Below are positions 9,441 to 16,749 of a stretch of DNA of 64,000 nucleotides, in pieces. Each line of letters opens with the position of its first letter. Positions within the stretch are counted from its first letter, which is position 1. The notes below the pieces were generated by a model. It searched no databases, was not told the DNA's origin, and was given only the letters and a program-made list of their open reading frames with translations. A program made the translations under genes and the position numbers. The DNA comes from Candidatus Rifleibacteriota bacterium (GTDB lineage: Bacteria > Muiribacteriota > Ozemobacteria > Ozemobacterales > Ozemobacteraceae): NCBI GenBank assembly GCA_024710355.1, contig JANJUX010000033.1:22641-86640 (forward strand). The letters are read 5' to 3'.

Positions 9441-9812
9441 CTATTCTTTTCGACCGATTCCTTCTGCTATTAAAGAAGCGGCCAGAAAGTTCATGCTGAC
9501 ATTTTCTTTCTTTGCGAGCTTGATAAGCTTGGAATGTAGAGTTTTAGTGAGCCTGAGAACAAACTTGCCGCTTGCGTCGATCTCTTTGTATTTGTCGGCG
9601 CTGTAAGGCTTCGGAATCGGCTTGCCAAGCTCCTGCAAGGTCTGAATCAAACCCTTGAGAGCATCGCGCCCGTTTTCCATGGCCTCTTCAATCGTCTCAC
9701 CATCAGATATGCACTCGTTGAAGTCGGGGTAACTGATGAGAAAGCCGCCGCCTTCTTCTTTGGTGAGCGTGCGAATCTCGAAAGGATACTTGTCTAATTC
9801 AGTTTTTTTCAT
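9441..9812 (-). CDS. hicB: HicB-family antitoxin with a C-terminal RHH DNA-binding domain.
   Basis: 123 aa. The N-terminal YPFEIRTLTKEEGGGFLISYPDFNECISDGETIEEAMENGRDAL is the HicB RNase-H-like fold. The C-terminal LTKTLHSKLIKLAKKENVSMNFLAASLIAEGI is a ribbon-helix-helix. Confidence 0.75.
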   Translation of the reverse strand: MKKTELDKYPFEIRTLTKEEGGGFLISYPDFNECISDGETIEEAMENGRDALKGLIQTLQELGKPIPKPYSADKYKEIDASGKFVLRLTKTLHSKLIKLAKKENVSMNFLAASLIAEGIGRKE

Positions 9813-10039
9813 AGATATACCTCGATGAAAACAAGAAACTTCTGCACATAGACGGGCTTTATCGGCCTGTGTGCCGGAACAGTCAGAGAAACGCCGTCAT
9901 CTCTTACAAACTGCACATGGCTTGTGCCGTTTTGTCTCCAGACGATTCCATATCTGGAAGCAATGGCAGTTAAATCGGCAATGCGCCAATCACGCGGATT
10001 GTTGCGCATTTTTTCTATCGTTTTCTCTGCTTTGGTCAT
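9809..10039 (-). CDS. hicA: HicA-family mRNA-interferase toxin.
   Basis: 76 aa. WRQNGTSHVQFVRDDGVSLTVPAHRPIKP matches the HicA/YcfA core (G-SH...P-H). It overlaps hicB by 4 bp and lies upstream of hicB, as is canonical. Confidence 0.7.
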   Translation of the reverse strand: MTKAEKTIEKMRNNPRDWRIADLTAIASRYGIVWRQNGTSHVQFVRDDGVSLTVPAHRPIKPVYVQKFLVFIEVYL

Positions 10040-10192
10040 ATTTTAATGATACCGCATCTAATACTATTGTCAAGTATTACGCTGCGCCGACAAAACCTGA
10101 CAGCTCGCTAAAATAGAGAAGATGCTCCGGCCTAAGGGTGGCACACCTTACGGCGATACCACAGCCGAAACATCTTCAAGAACTTTAACGGT

Positions 10193-10402
10193 TCATCCGA
10201 CTAAAGCGTACTTTGTTTGATGAAGTGCTTTGATTTTGAGTTTAAAGAACTCCATATCTCGAAAGCCATATGCCTGGAGCTTCATGGTTTTGATTTTGTT
10301 GTTGAAGCCCTCTAGAGGGCCCGTTGAAATCTTGTAATCATAACATGCAAGTATTGCTGCTTCATGCAGCTCCACCGTCTTTGAAAATGTTTTTCTTTGA
10401 AG
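10193..10402 (-). pseudogene. ISL3-family transposase, C-terminal ~65-aa remnant only (degraded IS).
   Basis: AAILACYDYKISTGPLEGFNNKIKTMKLQAYGFRDMEFFKLKIKALHQ matches the conserved ISL3 C-terminus (TNGxxEGxNNKIKxIKRxAYGFRNxxxFxxRI). The sequence upstream in the same ORF (MPLIPSLRPPQEPQ...) is not transposase-like. Confidence 0.55.
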
Positions 10403-10493
10403 ATTATGATAAAGCAATCCTCTGTGTTGGCTTTGTTTTTGATTTTTGCCGGTCTGGCAACAGGTTGTTTTACCGAGACGCCAAAGAAGCCTG

Positions 10494-10646
10494 ATGCCGA
10501 AGCCATTACCCTGCACTTCGTGTAATGGAAGAGGAGTTTGCGGTTCCTGCGGGGGGCGAAGCGATGGAATTAGCGGCAAGATCTGTTCTTTCTGTGATTA
10601 CAAAAGCGTTTGCTGGAGCTGCAAAGGTAGCGGCAAAAGAGGTTAG
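10494..10646 (+). CDS. Possible small protein (50 aa) with four CxxC motifs, a DnaJ-type zinc-finger-like arrangement (CTSC-NGRG, CGSC-GGRS, CSFC, CWSC-KGSG).
   Basis: Internal ATG of ORF 10446..10646 with no convincing RBS. It lies in the degraded islet, so it could be a relic. Confidence 0.25.
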   Translation: MPKPLPCTSCNGRGVCGSCGGRSDGISGKICSFCDYKSVCWSCKGSGKRG

Positions 10647-10805
10647 TGCATCATAAAATTTCTTAACTATATTGCGGCCAGCCAAACGGACTTTGTTTAA
10701 ACGATCTTTTAAAAACCTTTAATTAAAGGCCTGGCATCACGCCCACCGAAGACAGACACTGCCGATCTTCGGCATCAAGCTTTTCTTTATTGATCTCGCT
10801 TTTCG

Positions 10806-10830
10806 GTTTTGAGGTCACAATTTGTGACCT
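10806..10830. repeat. 25-bp perfect palindrome (ttgaggtcacaa-t-ttgtgacctcaa) followed by aaaattcttttt. Terminator, operator or IS-end remnant.
   Basis: Read directly. Each 12-bp arm is the exact reverse complement of the other. Confidence 0.6.
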
Positions 10831-10943
10831 CAAAAATTCTTTTTCTCCCGGCGAAAGTGAAGCATGAAACTTGCTGGGAAGCAGCTGGCGTTGTGCTTAA
10901 ACGCCTAAATTAGAATTTTGGTTGCCACGCCGCGAAGCCCGAA

Positions 10944-10994
10944 AAAAAACCCGCATTTCTGCGGGCTTTTCAGTGCCGGAAGTCGGGGTCGAAC
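10944..10994. repeat. Direct repeat copy B (51 bp, identical to 8606..8656), overlapping the tRNA-Leu 3' end and its terminator.
   Basis: Exact string match with copy A. Confidence 0.85.
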
Positions 10995-11058
10995 CGACAC
11001 GCCTTTAAGGGGCGCGGGATTTTGAGTCCCGTGCGTCTGCCAATTCCGCCATTCCGGC
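10974..11058 (-). tRNA. tRNA-Leu, anticodon CAA.
   Basis: Manual fold of the reverse complement. The acceptor stem GCCGGAA pairs with TTCCGGC. The D-arm is GCG/CGC, the anticodon stem is CGGGA/TCCCG and the loop is CTCAAAA (anticodon CAA). The long variable arm CGCC-CCTTAAA-GGCG identifies a class II tRNA. The T-arm is GTCGG-TTCGACC-CCGAC and the discriminator is A73. No CCA is encoded. Total length is 85 nt. It is followed on the - strand by the hairpin gcccgca-gaaa-tgcgggc plus T8. Confidence 0.85.
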
Positions 11059-11103
11059 CTGTGAGCCAATCATATCACAACGCCGGAATACGGCGCAACA
11101 AAA

Positions 11104-11250
11104 TTCAGTCTTTGGCAAGCAATCTGATTTTGCGCTTGCATTCAGGGCAGACTGCCCAATGTTCGCCATACTGGTCGGTTATCACGTCAACGGGCTCAAA
11201 AACAGCACCACAGGCGCATTCAACCTGAACAGCGTAAATGTTGTCGAACA
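11104..11250 (-). CDS. Small zinc-ribbon protein, 48 aa (MFDNIYAVQVECACGAVFEPVDVITDQYGEHWAVCPECKRKIRLLAKD).
   Basis: Hand-translated; it is below the 60-aa ORF-track cutoff. A strong GGAGGTGG RBS lies 5 nt upstream of the ATG, and the CxC...CxxC pairs are correctly spaced. Confidence 0.5.
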
Positions 11251-11557
11251 TGATTGCCACCTCCCTGAATTTTTTATTCTCTGCTTACCTGAAGGTACTT
11301 ACAAACCGCCAAAAGTAAAGGCAAAAAGTAACCCACGCACACCGGCACAGAATTGGCACAGAATTGGCGCAGTCCTGCCTTCTCTCCGTTAAAAACCCAA
11401 CCCGCAGGTATTCGGTATTTATCAGTGGCCGGAAGTATAAACATCAACAATAAAACTGCCTTTTGTCAGACAACCTTGTTTTCGCTGATTTTCGGTTGAG
11501 GTTGGCCGGCAAAAAGTTTAAAATCACTCAGAATCGAAACTGCATGGAGAAACAGCG

Positions 11558-12874
11558 ATGCGCAATTTCATGAATTTTCTGGCCGCGGTGCTTCTGTGCC
11601 TGGTTTTTGCCGGGCCTGCCAGCGCACAGCATGATAAATACTTTTTCATCACCCTGACCGGAAGAGCGGTGCTGTCGAGAACTTCAGGCTCTACGTGGCT
11701 TTCGCTGCAGCAGGCGCAGCCGGTTGAAGTCAAACCCGGCGACATGATCAACGTCGAAGGCGACGGTCGAGGCGAACTGCGGTTTCCTGATGGCAGCAGC
11801 GTCAAAATGAAAAACAACGCAATGATCACCATCATGCGCTATGGCATAAATCAACGCCTCGGCAACGTCTGGCTGAACGTGCGACGCAGCAGCGACATCT
11901 TCAAGGTAGTGACGCCCCTCGGCTCATGCAGCGTTCTCGGAACCTCTTTCGACGTCGACGTCGACCGTTACGGAAAAACCAAAGTAAGAGTCTTTTCCGG
12001 CCTTGTGGCGGTAAGAGCCGCAGAAGACAGCCGCAACCGTCAGCTGGTTCTGCAACCTGGCATGCACACAACCCTCTCAGAAAAAACAAAGGTTGCCGAC
12101 AAACCCGAAAAATTTCAGGCACCCACCATAGAGACATCCCTGAACAGTGAATGGGAAGCGCGCAACTTTACCGCTGCAGCTCCATCAGCTCTCGAGCAAA
12201 CCAGGCCGCTGCAGCACGACAGCAGAATACCCCCAGCCCTGCAACCGGCCGCCCCGGCACCTGGTTCGACCCAGACAATCCCCGCCCGTCCGAACATTCC
12301 CGAAGTGCAACCCGGCCGCATCGAAGCCCCGCCGGTTGGCCCGCTTGGAGGCTCTTCTACCGGCTCAGAAGCAAGTCTGCCACCAATAAGACCAGAGCTT
12401 CAATCTAACCTGCAGTTGCCCTCAGCCGGCGACGTTATCAAGGGCATAGAGCCTTCTCAGCCCAAAGATGGCGAAATCATGTCGCTGGCTCGGCAGCGGG
12501 CCGCTTTTCTCGAAATGCTTCGCCAGCAGAAAATCGACCGCGATTCAGTCATCGGCGGAAGCTTCAAAGAACGCGAAGAAATGGCAAAAGACCTGCACGG
12601 CCAGGAATCAGGCCAGCGCGCCAGACTATCTTTCAGCATCTCCGACAACGAGTCGCTCGACCGCGAAAACTGGCTGGTCAGAAACCGGCTGTTGCGCGTT
12701 CAGAGCCAGCTTCGCCAGAAAGAGCTCGAAGTTGCCGACCTGATTCGCCAGAACATTACAACCCCCTCTCATAAGCGGAAAATTTCAAATGCTCAGGCGC
12801 AACTTCTTGAGCTGCAAACAGAACAGAGAGTACTTTCAGACCGCATTCGCGATGTACAGACAAAAAAAAGATAA
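11558..12874 (+). CDS. Secreted FecR-domain protein with a Pro-rich linker and a C-terminal coiled coil.
   Basis: Signal peptide MRNFMNFLAAVLLCLVFAGPASA is present. The FecR-like beta region reads GDMINVEGDGRGELRFPDGSSVKMKNNAMITI...GSCSVLGTSFDV...TKVRVFSGLVAV. The C-terminus is heptad-rich (LELQTEQRVLSDRIRDVQ). Confidence 0.55.
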   Translation: MRNFMNFLAAVLLCLVFAGPASAQHDKYFFITLTGRAVLSRTSGSTWLSLQQAQPVEVKPGDMINVEGDGRGELRFPDGSSVKMKNNAMITIMRYGINQRLGNVWLNVRRSSDIFKVVTPLGSCSVLGTSFDVDVDRYGKTKVRVFSGLVAVRAAEDSRNRQLVLQPGMHTTLSEKTKVADKPEKFQAPTIETSLNSEWEARNFTAAAPSALEQTRPLQHDSRIPPALQPAAPAPGSTQTIPARPNIPEVQPGRIEAPPVGPLGGSSTGSEASLPPIRPELQSNLQLPSAGDVIKGIEPSQPKDGEIMSLARQRAAFLEMLRQQKIDRDSVIGGSFKEREEMAKDLHGQESGQRARLSFSISDNESLDRENWLVRNRLLRVQSQLRQKELEVADLIRQNITTPSHKRKISNAQAQLLELQTEQRVLSDRIRDVQTKKR

Positions 12875-12891
12875 AAAATTTTGCCAAAGCA

Positions 12892-12920
12892 TTGACAAAC
12901 CCGAAAACAGTTGGTACGAT
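12892..12920 (+). promoter_or_regulatory. Sigma-70-type promoter of the HU gene. The -35 is TTGACA, followed by a 17-bp spacer and -10 TACGAT.
   Basis: Read directly. The element lies 47 bp upstream of the GTG start, and an AGGAGG RBS sits at 12952-12957. Confidence 0.45.
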
Positions 12921-12967
12921 TTACTTGTGTTGAGTCCTAATTCAAGTTCCCAGGAGGATCCCCTTCA

Positions 12968-13252
12968 GTGAAAAAGATCGAACTCGTGCGCGAAATCGCA
13001 AAAACCACCAACATGACTCAGACCCAGGCTACCCAGGCTCTTGATGCCACGCTTTCTATCATCAAGAAAGCCCTCAAGAGAAAAGACGACGTACGTCTTG
13101 TAGGTTTTGGCTCTTTCAAGGTTAACACCCGCAAAGCCAGAACTGGCATCAACCCCCAGACCAAGAAGCCGATCAAAATTCCGGCATGCAACGTAGCCAA
13201 GTTCGTACCGGGCAAAGACCTGCGCGAACTCATCAACAACAAAAAGAAATAA
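12968..13252 (+). CDS. hup: HU-family nucleoid protein (DNA-binding protein HU/IHF fold).
   Basis: 94 aa. The HU signature GFGSFKVNTRKARTGINPQTKKPIKIPACNVAKFVPGKDLRE is present. Confidence 0.9.
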   Translation: MKKIELVREIAKTTNMTQTQATQALDATLSIIKKALKRKDDVRLVGFGSFKVNTRKARTGINPQTKKPIKIPACNVAKFVPGKDLRELINNKKK

Positions 13253-13271
13253 TCTTTAAGCGCACAAAAGG

Positions 13272-13304
13272 GCCGTTCCCGCAAGGGGGCGGCTCTTTTC
13301 TTTT
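13272..13304 (+). terminator. Rho-independent terminator downstream of the HU gene.
   Basis: The hairpin is GCCGUUCCC-GCAA-GGGGGCGGC with two G·U pairs, followed by tcttttctttt. Confidence 0.55.
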
Positions 13305-13451
13305 ACCTTAAACGCAGACTTAGAAAGGTTTCAGGGCAGGATTGATATGCCATTCCTGGCGCAGCACCGGAACCCAGAGGTTTGATACGATTGCCCTGTG
13401 AGGTTAAGATACTGCTTGCCTTAGTTTTAACCATCAGGTAAATTATTGGAC

Positions 13452-15110
13452 ATGACTACACAGAAAAAACGTCTGGGCGATATTCTCATCGACTGCAACC
13501 TCATAACCGAAGAGCAGCTGAAGCAGGCTCTCACGTTTCAGCGCGACCGCGGCATGAAGCTGGGCGAAGCTCTTTCCGAAATGGGTCTGGTTACCGAAGA
13601 CGATATAATCTGGGCCCTTGGCAATCAGCTGAATATCTCGTTCATTCATCTGAACCCGGATATCGTCGACACTGAAGTTACAAAAATGATCACCCCCGAA
13701 TTTGCGCGTGATCACAAGCTCATGCCTCTTTACAAGGCCGGCAACCAGCTCAGTGTCTGTATGGTCGACCCCCTCGACTCTCGACCAATCGAGTTTCTCG
13801 AAGGAAAATTCGGTGCCACGGTTTCGGTTTCGATCTGTACCGCGTTCGATTTTGAGCAGACTTATTCTGCCATTTACGGGCCAATCGACGTTCAGGAAAA
13901 AGTCGCACCCGGCGAAATCGACAACACCGAAAAGCAGAACCTTGAGCGCGGCATTCCCAAAGGCATGGAAGGCCCCGAAAAGGTCATCAACTATATTCTT
14001 GGCCAGGCGATTATCAACAAAGTCAACCGCATTCACTTTGAACCATCAGATAAGGGCGTGTTGATCAGATTCAGATCTAACAATGTTCTCGCACGCAAGA
14101 TCGAGATTCCGGTCAAAGTGCACCACGAAGTAATTTCGCGCCTTAAAAAACTTTCGCAGATCCCTGAAAAGGATATGGCCCGCGAAGGCGTTGTTGTCGG
14201 TCATTTCAGAGTCACGGTTTCGAACCGCCAGGTCAATATTCAGTCAATTTTTTATCCGACCGTGAACGGCGAAATGGTGATTCTCAAACTCAGCGACTTT
14301 GGCAGTATCATCGAACAGCTTGGCCGCTCCGGCAAAGCCTCGATCGAAGAGCTTCTCGTTGCCGCCAGAAACACGCACGGCGTTCTTTATGTTACCGGGC
14401 CACGAGAATCCGGGCGCACAACGACGCAATACTGTATAATCAGCGGCTACGATGCAGAAACCCGCAAACTGGTGACAATCGAAAACCCTGTGGTTGCAGC
14501 TCTCCCCAAAACTACACAGATTCAGATCGGCTCGGGCGGCATCGAAGACGCAATATCTGCCCTGAAGCTTGCATTGATGCTCGATGCGGACATCATCTAT
14601 CTCGATGATCTCGTTGGCCGTGACCTGACCCAGGAAGTCGCTTTCGCGGCACTTGGCGGCAAAACCGTATTAACCTCATTTCTTGCCTATGACGCTTCAA
14701 GCAGTCTGGTCAAGCTGATAGAAACCGGAGTAGACCCGGTTCTTATCGCGTCTTCAATGTGTGGCGTCGTCAGCCAGAGACTTGTCAGAGTCCTGTGCCC
14801 GAAATGCCGACAGCCGGCCGAGATCCCCCCCGAAGTTCTAGAACTGTTAAACGACGAAGACAAAAGCAAACAGATTTTCAAGGCAAAAGGCTGCGAGGGT
14901 TGCAACAACACCGGCTATACAGGCCGCACGCTGATTACCGAGTTCATGCCAGCCACCGCCACCCTCAGGCAGATGATCATCAACCGCCAGTCCTATCAGG
15001 ATTTCAAGAGTTTTGCCCGTAAACAGGGTATCAAAAGCCTCGAAGAAAAAACCCTCGATATGATGCTGAACGGCGAAACCAGCGCCGATGAATTTATGAG
15101 GCTGTTCTAA
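13452..15110 (+). CDS. GspE/PilB-family protein with an MshEN-like N-terminal domain and a catalytically degenerate ATPase domain (pseudo-ATPase).
   Basis: The N-terminus RLGDILIDCNLITEEQLKQALTFQ....KLGEALSEMGLVTEDDIIWALGNQ matches the tandem RLGxxLxxxGxxxxxxLxxALxxQ MshEN/T2SSE_N motif. The C-terminal tetracysteine motif CPKCRQP...CEGCNNTGYTGR is present. Walker A reads GPRESGRTT (K to R, and 'TGSGK' is lost). The Asp box reads TIENP (D to N). Walker B is DDLVGRD (the catalytic Glu is lost). The His box reads VLTSFLAYDA (His lost). Confidence 0.8.
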   Translation: MTTQKKRLGDILIDCNLITEEQLKQALTFQRDRGMKLGEALSEMGLVTEDDIIWALGNQLNISFIHLNPDIVDTEVTKMITPEFARDHKLMPLYKAGNQLSVCMVDPLDSRPIEFLEGKFGATVSVSICTAFDFEQTYSAIYGPIDVQEKVAPGEIDNTEKQNLERGIPKGMEGPEKVINYILGQAIINKVNRIHFEPSDKGVLIRFRSNNVLARKIEIPVKVHHEVISRLKKLSQIPEKDMAREGVVVGHFRVTVSNRQVNIQSIFYPTVNGEMVILKLSDFGSIIEQLGRSGKASIEELLVAARNTHGVLYVTGPRESGRTTTQYCIISGYDAETRKLVTIENPVVAALPKTTQIQIGSGGIEDAISALKLALMLDADIIYLDDLVGRDLTQEVAFAALGGKTVLTSFLAYDASSSLVKLIETGVDPVLIASSMCGVVSQRLVRVLCPKCRQPAEIPPEVLELLNDEDKSKQIFKAKGCEGCNNTGYTGRTLITEFMPATATLRQMIINRQSYQDFKSFARKQGIKSLEEKTLDMMLNGETSADEFMRLF

Positions 15111-15112
15111 CA

Positions 15113-16552
15113 ATGAGCGACAATTTTTTCGGCAAACTGTTCGGCGGGGAAGCCCCCCCGGGCGACGATAATAAACCAAAAGCACCAACCGCACCACCGT
15201 CTGCGCCCATGCCGGCAAGGCCACCCGCGCCTCCTCCCGGTGCCGGCGGCCCGCCGCTTCGCCCTGCCATGCCTGGCGGCCCGAGTGCTCCGACTCAGCC
15301 AGCCGGCGCACCGGCAAGACCGCCAATGCCACCGGCCGGGCAACCGTTGCCACCCAGACCAGCAGCGCCTGCTGCTCCTGGTCAGGCTCCTCAACCAGCA
15401 CGACCAACTGGCATACCGTCGACTATCTCGCAGGGTGCAATGCAAAGACCGGCACCCTCTGCGAGCCAGAAAGACGATGATGATGGCGAAGTCATTATCG
15501 ATGACCTGCTGCGCCTGATTGTCGACAAAAGCGGCTCCGACCTGCACCTTACAGTTGGCTCTCCACCGATGCTGCGCCTGCAGGGCAAGCTCTGGCCAAC
15601 CGATATTCCCTCACTGACTGCCAAAGAAACCCGGCGCCTGATTTTTCAGTTTCTCAACAACGACCAGCGCGAAAGACTCGAACGCGACCTCGAACTCGAC
15701 ATTTCGTATGAACTCGAAGGCGTGGCACGCTTCCGCTGCAATATCTTTTTCACCCGACTTGGCATGGGCGGGGTTTTCCGCGTCATCCCGACCCGCATCA
15801 AAACTCTGGCCGAACTGAAGCTGCCCGCAATTCTCGGTGATCTCGCCAGGCGAAACAAAGGCCTGATTCTGGTTACCGGCCCTACCGGCTCAGGTAAATC
15901 GACTACTCTGGCCGCCATGGTCGACCAGGTCAACAATGAACGCCAGGACCACATTCTCACTATCGAAGACCCGATCGAATTCGTGCACCAGCACAAGACC
16001 TGCCTGGTTAACCAGCGCGAAATCGGCCCAAATACCAAATCCTTTTCGGCCGCACTCAGATCGGCACTGCGCGAAGATCCTGACATCATTCTCGTCGGCG
16101 AAATGCGCGATTACGAAACCATCTCGCTGGCCGTAACCGCCGCCGAAACCGGCCACCTTGTCTTTGCAACTCTGCATACCCCGTCTGCCGCACAGTCGGT
16201 CGACCGTATCGTCGACGTTTTTCCGGCCCACCAGCAGGACCAGATCAGAACCCAGCTTGCCGACGCCCTGCAGGGAATCATTGCCCAGCAGCTGATCCCG
16301 ACCATTGACGGCATGAGTCGCGAAGTCGCGCTCGAAATTCTCATCAACACTCCGGCCGTCGCCAACCTGATCCGCGACAATAAAACCTTCCAGTTGCCCT
16401 CGATCATGCAGACCAGCAAACAGGCCGGCATGCAGACCATGGACCAGGCACTCATGGATCTGGTCAAACAGCGCAAGATCAGCCCCCAGGAAGCCTATCG
16501 ACGTGCCTTTGACAAAAAAGCCTTCGAACAATACAAGCCCAGAGAATATTAA
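15113..16552 (+). CDS. pilT: Type IV pilus retraction ATPase PilT with a ~125-aa Pro/Ala-rich N-terminal extension.
   Basis: The core starts at DDLLRLIVDKSGSDLHLTVGSPPMLRLQGKL. Walker A GPTGSGKSTT, Asp box TIEDPIEF, Walker B ILVGEMRD, His box FATLHT and the PilT-specific AVANLIRD (AIRNLIRE motif) are all intact. Residues 1-125 are low-complexity (PPSAPMPARPPAPPPGAGGPPLRPAMPGG...). Confidence 0.88.
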   Translation: MSDNFFGKLFGGEAPPGDDNKPKAPTAPPSAPMPARPPAPPPGAGGPPLRPAMPGGPSAPTQPAGAPARPPMPPAGQPLPPRPAAPAAPGQAPQPARPTGIPSTISQGAMQRPAPSASQKDDDDGEVIIDDLLRLIVDKSGSDLHLTVGSPPMLRLQGKLWPTDIPSLTAKETRRLIFQFLNNDQRERLERDLELDISYELEGVARFRCNIFFTRLGMGGVFRVIPTRIKTLAELKLPAILGDLARRNKGLILVTGPTGSGKSTTLAAMVDQVNNERQDHILTIEDPIEFVHQHKTCLVNQREIGPNTKSFSAALRSALREDPDIILVGEMRDYETISLAVTAAETGHLVFATLHTPSAAQSVDRIVDVFPAHQQDQIRTQLADALQGIIAQQLIPTIDGMSREVALEILINTPAVANLIRDNKTFQLPSIMQTSKQAGMQTMDQALMDLVKQRKISPQEAYRRAFDKKAFEQYKPREY

Positions 16553-16580
16553 GCCCGCAACCCGGATAATTTTAACAAAA

Positions 16581-16618
16581 GCAGCCCGGCGCATTCTGCC
16601 CGGGCTGCTTTGTTTTTG
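16581..16618 (+). terminator. Rho-independent terminator after pilT.
   Basis: The hairpin is gcagcccgg-N10-ccgggctgc, followed by tttgtttttg. Confidence 0.6.
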
Positions 16619-16749
16619 CGTATATCCAGCCAATGCAATCGAGTTTTGACCGCAGGCTGGTAAAATTTGTCTTGCATGCAGAGAGTGCTTAATGTACACT
16701 GTTGGCCTGCATTTCAGCATGACCTTATTTTTTGCCGGAGTACCGCCAA

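Noticed and set aside
10403-10579. N-terminal 60 aa of ORF 10193..10579 (MPLIPSLRPPQEPQ...) as part of the transposase.
   Set aside because: Only the last ~65 aa match the ISL3 C-terminus. The upstream part is Pro/Gln-rich read-through, so this is a truncated pseudogene and not a 128-aa protein.
11344-11366. Tandem 11-bp duplication (ggcacagaatt x2) in the intergenic region after the small zinc-ribbon gene.
   Set aside because: It is too short and isolated to call a functional repeat. It is probably a slippage duplication.
15107-15624. Overlapping ORFs (15107..15547 -, 15240..15518 +, 15391..15624 -) in the pilT 5' region.
   Set aside because: They are products of the GC-rich Pro/Ala-coding low-complexity stretch of the PilT N-terminal extension. 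Their Arg/Trp/Cys-rich translations are not protein-like.
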